A stretch of DNA of 32,000 nt, from contig NC_000918.1 in the NCBI RefSeq assembly GCF_000008625.1, positions 960,001 through 992,000 of the forward strand, written 5' to 3'. This document shows positions 19,710 to 28,650 of this stretch, in pieces (positions within the stretch are counted from its first letter, which is position 1; the number at the start of each line of letters is the position of its first letter). The notes below the pieces were generated by a model. That model was not told the DNA's origin, ran no database searches, and was given only the letters and a program-made list of their open reading frames with translations. This DNA comes from Aquifex aeolicus VF5. Its GTDB lineage: Bacteria; Aquificota; Aquificia; Aquificales; Aquificaceae. Made by a program: the position numbers and the translations under genes.

Positions 19710-21644
19710 ATGGAAGGACTGTTTGTAATATTTACGCCGCTAATAGCTTTTCTCATAATACTTGCATTCGGAAGAAAGATAGGGGATTTAGGAAGCGGGA
19801 TAATAGCGTCAGTAGGAGCAGGACTTACAACTCTTTTCTCTTTGGTAGTCGCCCTCAAAGCCATTCACTCTCCTATTCACGTCAAACTCTACGACTTCCT
19901 CCCAATTGGCAATTACACACTCTCCCTCGGATTTTACTTTGACTCACTCTCTTCCTTGATGGCACTTGTCGTCACATTCGTTGCCACTCTCATATTCGTC
20001 TACTCAATCGGCTACATGCGTGACGAGTTCGGTAAATGGGTCTTCAAGTTCTACGCTTACCTATCACTCTTCCTCTTCGCTATGCTCCTTATCGTGCTTT
20101 CAGACAACCTCCTCGGAATCTTCTTCGGCTGGGAAGGTGTGGGACTTGCTTCATACCTCCTTATCGGATACTACCACGAACAAAAAAAAGCTACAAAAGC
20201 TTCCTTTGAAGCCTTCGTTATGAACAGAATAGGTGACTGGCTCTTTATCTTCGGTATCATCTACTCCTTTTACCTCTTCAAAACCTTAGAAATCACTCAA
20301 ATATTCCCGAAAGTCGAAGAAGTAGACAAGTACGCTCTTGGCGTTGCCACAATGCTCCTCTTTGGAGGAGCAGTCGGAAAGTCGGGACAATTTCCGCTCC
20401 ACACGTGGCTTCCAAACGCAATGGCAGGTCCGACTCCCGTGTCTGCACTCCTTCACGCAGCCACGATGGTAGCAGCTGGTGTCTACATGGTAGCAAGACT
20501 CTATCCCATGTTTGAAGCAACACCTCAAACGCTCAAGCTTATTGTTCTTATCGGAGCGATAACCATGACAATGGCAGCACTCGCAGGTGCTGTTCACAAC
20601 GACATAAAGAAGATAATCGCATTTTCAACGATGAGTCAGCTCGGATACATGTTTGTTGCTCTGGGAGTGGGGGACAAGGGCGGAGCGATGTTCCACCTCA
20701 CCACTCACGCTTTCTTCAAAGCCCTCCTGTTTTTAGCGGCTGGTGCTGTAATAACAGCATTCCACCACCACCTTTACGACATCTTCAAGATGGGAGGGCT
20801 AAAGAAGTACATGCCTGTGACTTATGTGGCGTTTATGATAGGGGCGCTCAGTTTGGCAGGAGTGTTTCCCTTCAGTGGTTTCTGGAGTAAAGACAGGATA
20901 GTGGCGAGCATGTACGAGTGGAGCGGAGTGCTTGGAGTTCTTGGAACGATAGTGGCGTTTATAACTGCATATTACGCGTTCAGGGAAGGATTTCTGGTGT
21001 TTCACGGAAGAGAGAGATGGAGGGAGATATACGATAAAGACGTTCATGAAGTAGAGGGAGTGATGACGGTACCTATGGGGCTATTAGGATTTTTGACAGT
21101 TCTCACAGGGCTATTTGGCCTTTGGCTTGAGCACTGGTATGTAGGCTTGATAGGAGGGGAGGAGAAGGGGATACACCTGAGTGTTGCGCTAGTGTCGCTC
21201 GGAGTGGCAATAGCTGGGATATGGCTTGCGTGGGCGGTATATGTGAAGGAGGTGATAGATTACAACAAAGCATATGAGTCTTTGAAGTTTATACACACGA
21301 CTTTCAAGGAGCAGTTCTTTACTGAAAAGCTCTACCACAACGTTATTGCGGGTGGGTACCTCGTAGTTTCTAGAGTAGCTTACAAGGTGGGAGACAGAAC
21401 CGTTATAGACGGCTTTATAAACGCCTTGTACAAGTACTTCTTTAAGTTCGTTAAGTTCCTGTGGAAGTACCTTGACATAAAGATTATTGACGTTCTTATA
21501 CACGAGACTGTTCTAACCGCTTTCAGGCTCGGCAGGTTGTCAAGAAGGCTTCAAACTGGGCTTGTGAACCACTACATACTGTTTTTGGCCGTAGGATTGA
21601 CCTTTATCCTTGGAATCATGCTCTATATACTGGATAGACTCTAA
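19710..21644 (+). CDS. nuoL: NADH-quinone oxidoreductase subunit L
   Basis: FGWEGVGLASYLLIGYY, FPLHTWLPNAMAGPTPVSALLHAATMVAAGVYM, long C-terminal lateral helix region. Confidence 0.96.
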   Translation: MEGLFVIFTPLIAFLIILAFGRKIGDLGSGIIASVGAGLTTLFSLVVALKAIHSPIHVKLYDFLPIGNYTLSLGFYFDSLSSLMALVVTFVATLIFVYSIGYMRDEFGKWVFKFYAYLSLFLFAMLLIVLSDNLLGIFFGWEGVGLASYLLIGYYHEQKKATKASFEAFVMNRIGDWLFIFGIIYSFYLFKTLEITQIFPKVEEVDKYALGVATMLLFGGAVGKSGQFPLHTWLPNAMAGPTPVSALLHAATMVAAGVYMVARLYPMFEATPQTLKLIVLIGAITMTMAALAGAVHNDIKKIIAFSTMSQLGYMFVALGVGDKGGAMFHLTTHAFFKALLFLAAGAVITAFHHHLYDIFKMGGLKKYMPVTYVAFMIGALSLAGVFPFSGFWSKDRIVASMYEWSGVLGVLGTIVAFITAYYAFREGFLVFHGRERWREIYDKDVHEVEGVMTVPMGLLGFLTVLTGLFGLWLEHWYVGLIGGEEKGIHLSVALVSLGVAIAGIWLAWAVYVKEVIDYNKAYESLKFIHTTFKEQFFTEKLYHNVIAGGYLVVSRVAYKVGDRTVIDGFINALYKYFFKFVKFLWKYLDIKIIDVLIHETVLTAFRLGRLSRRLQTGLVNHYILFLAVGLTFILGIMLYILDRL

Positions 21645-21655
21645 GGGGTGGTGAT

Positions 21656-23161
21656 ATGGAAAAGGTGGGGTTTGAGTTTCCCATAATATCCGTTTCCCTG
21701 GCTATACCTGCGGTATTTGCCGTTCTCATACTCTTCTTTAAAGAAAAATTCGCAAAATACATAGCCCTTCTCGGGACGGGACTTACCTTTCTCGTGTCCT
21801 TAATAGCACTGTTTAAGTTTGACTTTGCGAGAGATAATGTAATTCAGTTTTACGAGGAGTACACAATACTCAAGGAACTGGGAGTAAAGCTCTCCCTCGG
21901 TATGGACGGACTCTCGCTCCTTATGTACTTCCTCACCACCTTAGTTTCCCTTATAGCTGTTATATGGTCCATAGGCGATGAAAAAATAAAGCATAGACTG
22001 AAAGAGTACTATATAGCCTTTTTACTTACCGAAAGTTTTGTTATAGGTGTGTTTACTACGTTTAACCTCATCGTTTTCTACGTGTTTTACGAACTCACAC
22101 TCCTTCCCATGCTCTTTGTGATAGGTATCTGGGGATATAAGCTCAGGCTTTACTCAGCTTACAAGTTCTTTGTATACATATTTATCTCTTCTTTGTTCTT
22201 GCTACTCGGTATAGCCTCAATATCCACTTACCACTACAAAATGAACGGAAGTTTTACCTTTGAGTACCTTGAGCTCTTAAACTTGAACATTCCAAATGGT
22301 TTTGAGATCTTCCTATTCTTACTCTTCTTCATAGCTTTTGCGGTAAAGACTCCAATAGTTCCTTTCCACACATGGCTTCCCGATGCTCACGGTGAGGCTC
22401 CCACCGCAGGTTCTGTAGTTCTCGCTGCAATCTTACTTAAGATGGGAACTTACGCTCTTGTCAGGTTCAACATAGGGCTCTTCCCTGATGCAGCTTTAGA
22501 ACTTTCTCCCTACCTCGTGGCACTTGGTATTTACTCCATTATTATGGCTTCATGGATGACAATATCCCAGACGAATATAAAACGTTTCGTCGCTTACTCT
22601 TCCGTTTCCCACATGGGTTTTGTGGTAACCGCGGCATTCCTTCTAAATATGGAAGGTCTCAGGGCGTCAATTATTGAGATGTTTGCTCACGGTCTTACAA
22701 GTGCCGGACTCTTTATGGTTGCCGGATACATATACAACAAGCTCCACACATTTAACTTCGCAAGCTTGAGAGGTGCTATAAAGTTCATGCCCTTGTTTGC
22801 AACCATTACCGCTGCAACAGCCTTTGCCGCCATGGGTCTTCCCGGCGGTTCTTCCTTCTGGGGTAAGTTCCTCACGATTTTGGCTGCAAGGGAGTACTCA
22901 ACACCTTTAGCCTTCTTGGTAGTCTTTGCGGCGTTCTTCAGTGCGGCTTACGTACTTTACTTCTTAAAAACTCTTTATTTGGACGTCAGAGAAGAGAGTG
23001 TACTTATTCACTTCAAGGATGTAAGCGGTTATCCCTTGGTGGCATTTTTGATGATCGTTATTCCTGTTCTATTGGTAGGTTTTGTTCCGTTTATATTCTT
23101 TGCCTTCTACAACGAGTTCCTTGTGCACTTGTTAAAGTACGTTTTAAAATTGCCGTTTTAG
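21656..23161 (+). CDS. nuoM: NADH-quinone oxidoreductase subunit M
   Basis: YELTLLPMLFVIGIWGY, PFHTWLPDAHGEAPTAGSVVLAAILLKMGTY. Confidence 0.96.
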   Translation: MEKVGFEFPIISVSLAIPAVFAVLILFFKEKFAKYIALLGTGLTFLVSLIALFKFDFARDNVIQFYEEYTILKELGVKLSLGMDGLSLLMYFLTTLVSLIAVIWSIGDEKIKHRLKEYYIAFLLTESFVIGVFTTFNLIVFYVFYELTLLPMLFVIGIWGYKLRLYSAYKFFVYIFISSLFLLLGIASISTYHYKMNGSFTFEYLELLNLNIPNGFEIFLFLLFFIAFAVKTPIVPFHTWLPDAHGEAPTAGSVVLAAILLKMGTYALVRFNIGLFPDAALELSPYLVALGIYSIIMASWMTISQTNIKRFVAYSSVSHMGFVVTAAFLLNMEGLRASIIEMFAHGLTSAGLFMVAGYIYNKLHTFNFASLRGAIKFMPLFATITAATAFAAMGLPGGSSFWGKFLTILAAREYSTPLAFLVVFAAFFSAAYVLYFLKTLYLDVREESVLIHFKDVSGYPLVAFLMIVIPVLLVGFVPFIFFAFYNEFLVHLLKYVLKLPF

Positions 23162-23174
23162 AGGTGAGTAAAAG

Positions 23175-24641
23175 ATGGATTTAAGGGCGTTAATAGGCGT
23201 AATAGAGATACCGGATTTAAAGAAATTCCTCCCGGAGTTTATACTACTGCTACTTGCCTTTATACTATTCACATTAGAACTCTTCATAAAAGGAAAAGAG
23301 CGGAGACTCGTCCTTAACGTTGTGAGTTACGTAGGGTATTTCTCCGTTTTAATGTCTTTGTTAATTCCTTGGATGTACAAAGGTGACACCTTTTACGGGA
23401 ACTTTACGAATGATCCGTTAGCGGTTACTGTAAAAATATTCGCTGTTTTAATTACTTTAGCTATACTCCCCTTTGCAAGTTCCTACTTCTCCGCTAAAAA
23501 ATCCTTCTACGGAGAGTTTTACTACATCCTCGCCTTTACACTTCTTGGGGTATTCGTACTGGCCTCCACTTACAACCTCATAATCCTTTACGTGGCTCTG
23601 GAGCTCGTATCCGTCGGTTTTTACATATTGACTGCACTCCTGAGAGGCTCTACGGAAGCGAAAGAGGGAGCGTTTAAGTACTTAATCTTAGGTGGTCTTT
23701 CTATAGCTCTCGCCTCTTACGGTGCCGCTTTTATGTACATATACTCGGGTAGCCTTGACCTTCGTGAAATACTGACCTATCAGGGGAAAGATATTCACTA
23801 TCTCGTTCTCGGACTCGTTTTCTTCCTTATAGGTCTTGCGGTAAAGATAGGTGCGGTCCCCTTCCACTACTGGGTGCCAGACGCTTACCAAGGTGCTCCC
23901 ACGCCTGTTACCGCCCTCATGGCGTCGGTCGGAAAGCTTGCATTCTTCATTCCACTTGTGAGGGTTATGCCTCTAGTTCAGGAAAAGTTCTCGCTTGTCT
24001 GGACAATAACCGTGGGAGTTATAGCGGCACTTACAATGCTCTACGGTAATTTAGTGGCCCTCGTTCAAAAGGATGTAAAGAGACTGCTCGCTTATTCCTC
24101 CATAGCTCACTCAGGTTACATAATGGCAGGTGCTGCGGTTGCAAAAGTTATAGGTATGAAGGCGGTTATTTACTTCCTCGTGGCTTACGCGGTCATGTCC
24201 GCTGGAGCTTTCTTGGTTTTAGCCCTCATGGAAAAGAATCCGGAATGGCAGAACTACATGGAAAACTTTTACGGACTCAGGTTTAACGCTCCTTACATTG
24301 CCTTTGCATTCTTCGTTTACATGGTTGCGCTCCTCGGTGTTCCTCCCACGGTAGGTTTTGTAGGAAAGGCTCTGGTATTTATGGCGCTTTCCTTTGATAA
24401 ACTCTGGTGGCTTGCCTTTATCATGATACTTTCCGCTGCGATATCCACGGGATACTACATAAGACTTGTCGTGGTTATGTACATGCACGAGAGGGAAAAG
24501 GAAATACGGTCCGCCCCCTCTCACTTGGGTGAAAAGTTTTCACTCTTCGCCCTGACACTTGCAAGTGTACTTTTAGGGGTATTACCTTCTTTAGTGTGGT
24601 TTCTCATTAAGCAATCTGCGGAAAATCTTTTTACGGGGTGA
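23175..24641 (+). CDS. nuoN: NADH-quinone oxidoreductase subunit N
   Basis: YVALELVSVGFYILTAL, PFHYWVPDAYQGAPTPVTALMASVGKLAFF. Confidence 0.95.
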   Translation: MDLRALIGVIEIPDLKKFLPEFILLLLAFILFTLELFIKGKERRLVLNVVSYVGYFSVLMSLLIPWMYKGDTFYGNFTNDPLAVTVKIFAVLITLAILPFASSYFSAKKSFYGEFYYILAFTLLGVFVLASTYNLIILYVALELVSVGFYILTALLRGSTEAKEGAFKYLILGGLSIALASYGAAFMYIYSGSLDLREILTYQGKDIHYLVLGLVFFLIGLAVKIGAVPFHYWVPDAYQGAPTPVTALMASVGKLAFFIPLVRVMPLVQEKFSLVWTITVGVIAALTMLYGNLVALVQKDVKRLLAYSSIAHSGYIMAGAAVAKVIGMKAVIYFLVAYAVMSAGAFLVLALMEKNPEWQNYMENFYGLRFNAPYIAFAFFVYMVALLGVPPTVGFVGKALVFMALSFDKLWWLAFIMILSAAISTGYYIRLVVVMYMHEREKEIRSAPSHLGEKFSLFALTLASVLLGVLPSLVWFLIKQSAENLFTG

Positions 24642-25018
24642 GAGAGATGGAGTACGTATGGATTTTAGTATTTGCTGGAATTCTCCTCGTTATAGGTCTT
24701 GTTATGATATCTCTTAACGCTCTGCTCGGACCCCGTGAGCCTCAAATATACGAAGACTATCCTTACGAGTGCGGTGTTCCCCTTTACGATAAAGACGCAC
24801 AGACTACCTTCCATCAGGGTTATTACCTGCTCGGTTTACTGCTCCTTCTCTTTGACATAGAAGCCGCTTTCCTCTTTCCTTGGAGCGTTGTTTACAGGTA
24901 TTTGGGAGTGTTCGGTTTTATAGAAATGTTCATATTCATATTCATACTTACATACGGATTGCTGTACGCATGGAAGAAAGGAGCACTTGATTGGCAATTT
25001 GAAATTGAAGAGGTTTGA
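24638..25018 (+). CDS. nuoA: NADH-quinone oxidoreductase subunit A
   Basis: YPYECGVPLYDKDAQTTFHQGYYLLGLLLLLFDIEAAFLFPW. Confidence 0.94.
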   Translation: MREMEYVWILVFAGILLVIGLVMISLNALLGPREPQIYEDYPYECGVPLYDKDAQTTFHQGYYLLGLLLLLFDIEAAFLFPWSVVYRYLGVFGFIEMFIFIFILTYGLLYAWKKGALDWQFEIEEV

Positions 25019-25766
25019 AGAGGTTAACTTAGTTCTTTCGGGAGGGGCTGCCAAGGGTATCGCCCATATAGGTGTTTTAAAAGCTCTGGAAGAGCTCGGT
25101 ATAAAGGTAAAGAGGCTCAGCGGGGTAAGTGCTGGAGCTATCGTTTCCGTCTTTTACGCTTCGGGCTACACTCCCGACGAGATGTTAAAACTCCTGAAAG
25201 AGGTAAACTGGCTCAAACTTTTTAAGTTCAAAACACCGAAAATGGGCTTAATGGGGTGGGAGAAGGCTGCAGAGTTTTTGGAAAAAGAGCTCGGAGTTAA
25301 GAGGCTGGAAGACCTGAACATACCAACCTATCTTTGCTCGGCGGATCTGTACACGGGAAAGGCTCTTTACTTCGGCAGAGGTGACTTAATTCCCGTGCTT
25401 CTCGGAAGTTGTTCCATACCCGGGATTTTTGAACCAGTTGAGTACGAGAATTTTCTACTTGTTGACGGAGGTATAGTGAACAACCTGCCCGTAGAACCTT
25501 TGGAAAAGTTCAAAGAACCCATAATCGGGGTAGATGTGCTTCCCATAACTCAAGAAAGAAAGATTAAAAATATACTCCACATCCTTATAAGGAGCTTCTT
25601 TCTGGCGGTTCGTTCCAATTCGGAAAAGAGAAAGGAGTTCTGCAACGTAGTTATAGAACCTCCCCTTGAAGAGTTCTCTCCTCTGGACGTAAATAAGGCG
25701 GACGAGATATTCCTGCGGGGATATGAGAGCACTTTAAGAATTATGAGAAATTTCGTAAAACATTAA
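24987..25766 (+). CDS. Patatin-like phospholipase family protein
   Basis: LVLSGGAAKGIAHIGVL oxyanion loop, GVSAG nucleophile elbow, DGG dyad; TTG start with AAAGGAG upstream. Confidence 0.9.
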   Translation: MIGNLKLKRFEEVNLVLSGGAAKGIAHIGVLKALEELGIKVKRLSGVSAGAIVSVFYASGYTPDEMLKLLKEVNWLKLFKFKTPKMGLMGWEKAAEFLEKELGVKRLEDLNIPTYLCSADLYTGKALYFGRGDLIPVLLGSCSIPGIFEPVEYENFLLVDGGIVNNLPVEPLEKFKEPIIGVDVLPITQERKIKNILHILIRSFFLAVRSNSEKRKEFCNVVIEPPLEEFSPLDVNKADEIFLRGYESTLRIMRNFVKH

Positions 25767-25791
25767 GAAAAATTTATATAAAATTTCATTT

Positions 25792-26100
25792 ATGGATTGT
25801 AAAGAGCTTGCGAGGATTTTTTACGCCCTTTCGGAGCCAAAGAGGCTCTGTATGGTGAAGTTGCTTCTGGAGAGAGAGGAACTTTGTGTGTGTGACTTTA
25901 TGAGGATTTTTAAGGAGTCCCAACCTAAGATATCCTTTCACCTTAAGGTATTAAGGGAAGCGGGGCTTGTGACTTCGCAAAAAAGGGGCAAGTGGAATTA
26001 TTACCGCCTTAACAAGGAAGCTCCTGTTATACCTTGTGTGGAAAAGCTCCTTAAAGATGTAAAGCTTGAAGAAAAAATCCAATTGGAGGTGAAGAGATGA
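25792..26100 (+). CDS. ArsR-family winged-helix transcriptional regulator
   Basis: RLCMVKLLLEREELCVCDFMRIFKESQPKISFHLKVLREAGLVTSQKRGKWNYYRL. Confidence 0.93.
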   Translation: MDCKELARIFYALSEPKRLCMVKLLLEREELCVCDFMRIFKESQPKISFHLKVLREAGLVTSQKRGKWNYYRLNKEAPVIPCVEKLLKDVKLEEKIQLEVKR

Positions 26101-26339
26101 AGGAAATTAAGATTCTCAGCGGGACAAATTGTCAGAACTGTGAACTGCTTTATCAAGTCGTTAGCGAAATCGTAAAAAGAAAAGGTATTGATGCGAAAGT
26201 TGAAAAAGTCGTGGACATTCAGGAAGTTTTAAAGTACGGGGTGATGACCACTCCTGTTCTGGTCGTGGACGGTGAAGTAAAACACGTGGGCACACCCATA
26301 CCAGCACCTCAGAAGATAGAAGAGCTTATCGGAGGGTGA
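26097..26339 (+). CDS. Small thioredoxin-fold protein (TM0996/MTH895 type)
   Basis: 80-aa ORF with CxxC active site (GTNCQNCELL) and cis-Pro segment GVMTTPVLVVDGEV. Confidence 0.87.
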   Translation: MKEIKILSGTNCQNCELLYQVVSEIVKRKGIDAKVEKVVDIQEVLKYGVMTTPVLVVDGEVKHVGTPIPAPQKIEELIGG

Positions 26340-26342
26340 GAG

Positions 26343-27302
26343 ATGTTTGAGATTTACGAGAGATTTGCCGACTTAGTGGTTTACAATCTGTTAGGACTGC
26401 AGAAGGGCATGCATCTTGCGGAAGCCCTTCATTTTTTTGTTTACGATACTCTGAAGATATTTACCTTGCTTACCGTTATTATTTTCGTTGTTTCCTTTAT
26501 AAGGAGTTTCTTTCCCCTTGAAAAGACACGGGAAATCCTTTCAAAACACAAAGCGGTGGCGCTTCCCCTTGCCGCTTTCCTCGGCATTTTAACGCCTTTC
26601 TGTTCTTGCTCCGCTGTGCCGATGTTTATAGGTTTTGTAGAAGCGGGAATTCCTCTGGGAGCTGCCTTTACATTCCTTGTTGCTTCGCCTATGGTAAACG
26701 AAGTGGCTCTCGGTCTTCTTCTAACACTCTTTGGCGTTAAGGTAGCCGTTCTTTACGTGATCTTTGGAGTAATCGTTGCAATAGTAGCGGGCTACGTAAT
26801 AGAGAAACTAAATCCCAGAGAACTGATAGCGGATTACGTATTTCAGGTAAAACTCGGCCAAACTCAAATTAAAGAAATGACCTTTAAGGAAAGGCTTGAG
26901 TTTGCAAAGAACAACGTCAAAGAAATCCTCGGAAAGATATGGATTTACATAATTATCGCTATAGGGATAGGAGGGTTTATACACGGTTACGTTCCACAGG
27001 ATATAGTGGAAAGAGTGGCGAAAACCGCAGGACTCATAGCCGTTCCGCTGGCCGTACTGATAGGAATTCCCCTCTACTCAAACGCTGCGGGAATACTGCC
27101 CGTGATACAGGCTCTAATCGCCAAGGGTGTGCCTCTGGGAACGGCCCTTGCCTTTATGATGGCTACAACCGCCTTGTCTTTTCCCGAGTTTATGATACTG
27201 AAGCAAATCATGAAGCCGAAGTTAATAGCATTTTTTGCGGGAATAGTGGGCATTTCTATAATAGCAGTGGGTTATCTTTTTAACTTTATCTTCACACTCT
27301 GA
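26343..27302 (+). CDS. ArsP/DUF318-family permease
   Basis: LTPFCSCSAVPMFIGFVEAGIPLGAAFTFLVASPMVNEVAL and repeated PLAVLIGIPLYSNAAGILPVIQALI...FPEFMILK. Confidence 0.9.
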   Translation: MFEIYERFADLVVYNLLGLQKGMHLAEALHFFVYDTLKIFTLLTVIIFVVSFIRSFFPLEKTREILSKHKAVALPLAAFLGILTPFCSCSAVPMFIGFVEAGIPLGAAFTFLVASPMVNEVALGLLLTLFGVKVAVLYVIFGVIVAIVAGYVIEKLNPRELIADYVFQVKLGQTQIKEMTFKERLEFAKNNVKEILGKIWIYIIIAIGIGGFIHGYVPQDIVERVAKTAGLIAVPLAVLIGIPLYSNAAGILPVIQALIAKGVPLGTALAFMMATTALSFPEFMILKQIMKPKLIAFFAGIVGISIIAVGYLFNFIFTL

Positions 27303-28224
27303 AGAGTTCCGCCTTCCCTTGGCTTCCGTAAAGCCTTATCCTTTTCTTTACAATATTTTTTACCTCTTCCATGGCGGGTTTTAAGAACTTCCTCGGGTCT
27401 ATTACCTTTTTTTCTAAAGCCATTAATTCCCTCAGCTTTGAGATAAAAGCGAGCCTGAGGTCCGTATCCGTATTTACCTTGTTAATTCCAAGTTCTACGG
27501 CTTTTTTCAATTCTTCGTCCGGAACACCTTTCGCTCCTTTTATATCCCCTCCGTACTTGTTGATTTTTTCCACGTATTCTTCGTAAACGCCGCTCGCCCC
27601 GTGGAGAACCAGGGCAATACCTGTGAGCTCCTTAACCTTTTTTAACCTTTCAAAATCAAGCTTTGGTTCTCCTTTAAATTTAAAAGCCCCGTGAGCCGTT
27701 CCTATCGCGGGAGCCAGAGCGTCAATTCCTGTTCTATCAACAAACTCCTTTGCTTGCTCAGGATCCACCAGAACTTCTTCCCTGCTTACAACTTCGTCCT
27801 CTACACTTACGAGTTTTCCAAGTTCCGCTTCAACGGATATCCCGAGAGCTGCACAAATTGATACGACATATTTCGTTACCTTTAAGTTTTCTTCATAAGA
27901 TTTGTCTGAGTAGTCTATCATCACCGACGTGTAGCCGTGTCTTATGGCGAGTAGGATAGTTTCTACATGTTTCCCGTGGTCTAAGTGAAGTGCAAAGGGA
28001 ATGGAATACTTGTCTTTTACCGCATGTACCATGCCTGCGAGATATTCAATGCCTGCGTACTTTATAGCGCTTTCTGTGGTTTGGATAAATACCGGAGCTT
28101 GTTCTTCTTCAGCAGCGTCCAGAATTGCCTTGAGAAATTCCATATTGTTGAAATTGAAGGCACCTATTGCAAAGTTATACTCGTTTGCTTTTTCAAAAAG
28201 AACTTTTCCACTAACTAAGGGCAT
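27292..28224 (-). CDS. fba: Class II fructose-bisphosphate aldolase
   Basis: ALHLDHGKHVE, TSVMIDYSDKSYEEN, AIGTAHGAFK, LHGASGV. Confidence 0.95.
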   Translation of the reverse strand: MPLVSGKVLFEKANEYNFAIGAFNFNNMEFLKAILDAAEEEQAPVFIQTTESAIKYAGIEYLAGMVHAVKDKYSIPFALHLDHGKHVETILLAIRHGYTSVMIDYSDKSYEENLKVTKYVVSICAALGISVEAELGKLVSVEDEVVSREEVLVDPEQAKEFVDRTGIDALAPAIGTAHGAFKFKGEPKLDFERLKKVKELTGIALVLHGASGVYEEYVEKINKYGGDIKGAKGVPDEELKKAVELGINKVNTDTDLRLAFISKLRELMALEKKVIDPRKFLKPAMEEVKNIVKKRIRLYGSQGKAELFRV

Positions 28225-28517
28225 AATAATTTATATGGTATAATTTTGAATAGCTCCTTAGAGGGCTACAATGCCTCTTGGCTCCTTGGCAATTGAATAA
28301 AGCGGATTGGTCTAATAAGTGATGCTTTGATTGTGTGATGGATTGATATCATGATGCAATAAACTTTAATAGACTGAAAATCAAAGATAAAAATTTTACA
28401 AATGTATGCTCAAGTTTGCAGAACTTGGGGTTAGCGGAAATTAACATTCGTTTCGTGAAGGTTAGGTGTCTAATAAGTTATTGATAAAGCGTTATTTTTC
28501 AGACATAGGCGCGCAGG

Positions 28518-28611
28518 GTTCCTAATGTACCGTGTGGAGTTGAAACTTTTCGTAAGCTCTTGAAGCGCTTGTTTAAGTTCCTGTTCCTAATGTACCGTGT
28601 GGAGTTGAAAC
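28518..28611. CRISPR. Mini-CRISPR: two identical 29-nt repeats GTTCCTAATGTACCGTGTGGAGTTGAAAC (28518-28546, 28583-28611) and one 36-nt spacer
   Basis: Exact 29-nt identity, spacer length in CRISPR range, repeat ends in the typical GAAAC; no cas genes in window. Confidence 0.8.
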
Positions 28612-28650
28612 ATAAGTGCCTGCGTGTTTTGAAACTTCGTTAATTATAGT

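Noticed and set aside
28239-28244. TATAAT on the plus strand downstream of the fba start as a promoter for the CRISPR side
   Set aside because: No -35-like sequence at the right spacing, and the region is simply AT-rich; too weak to call.
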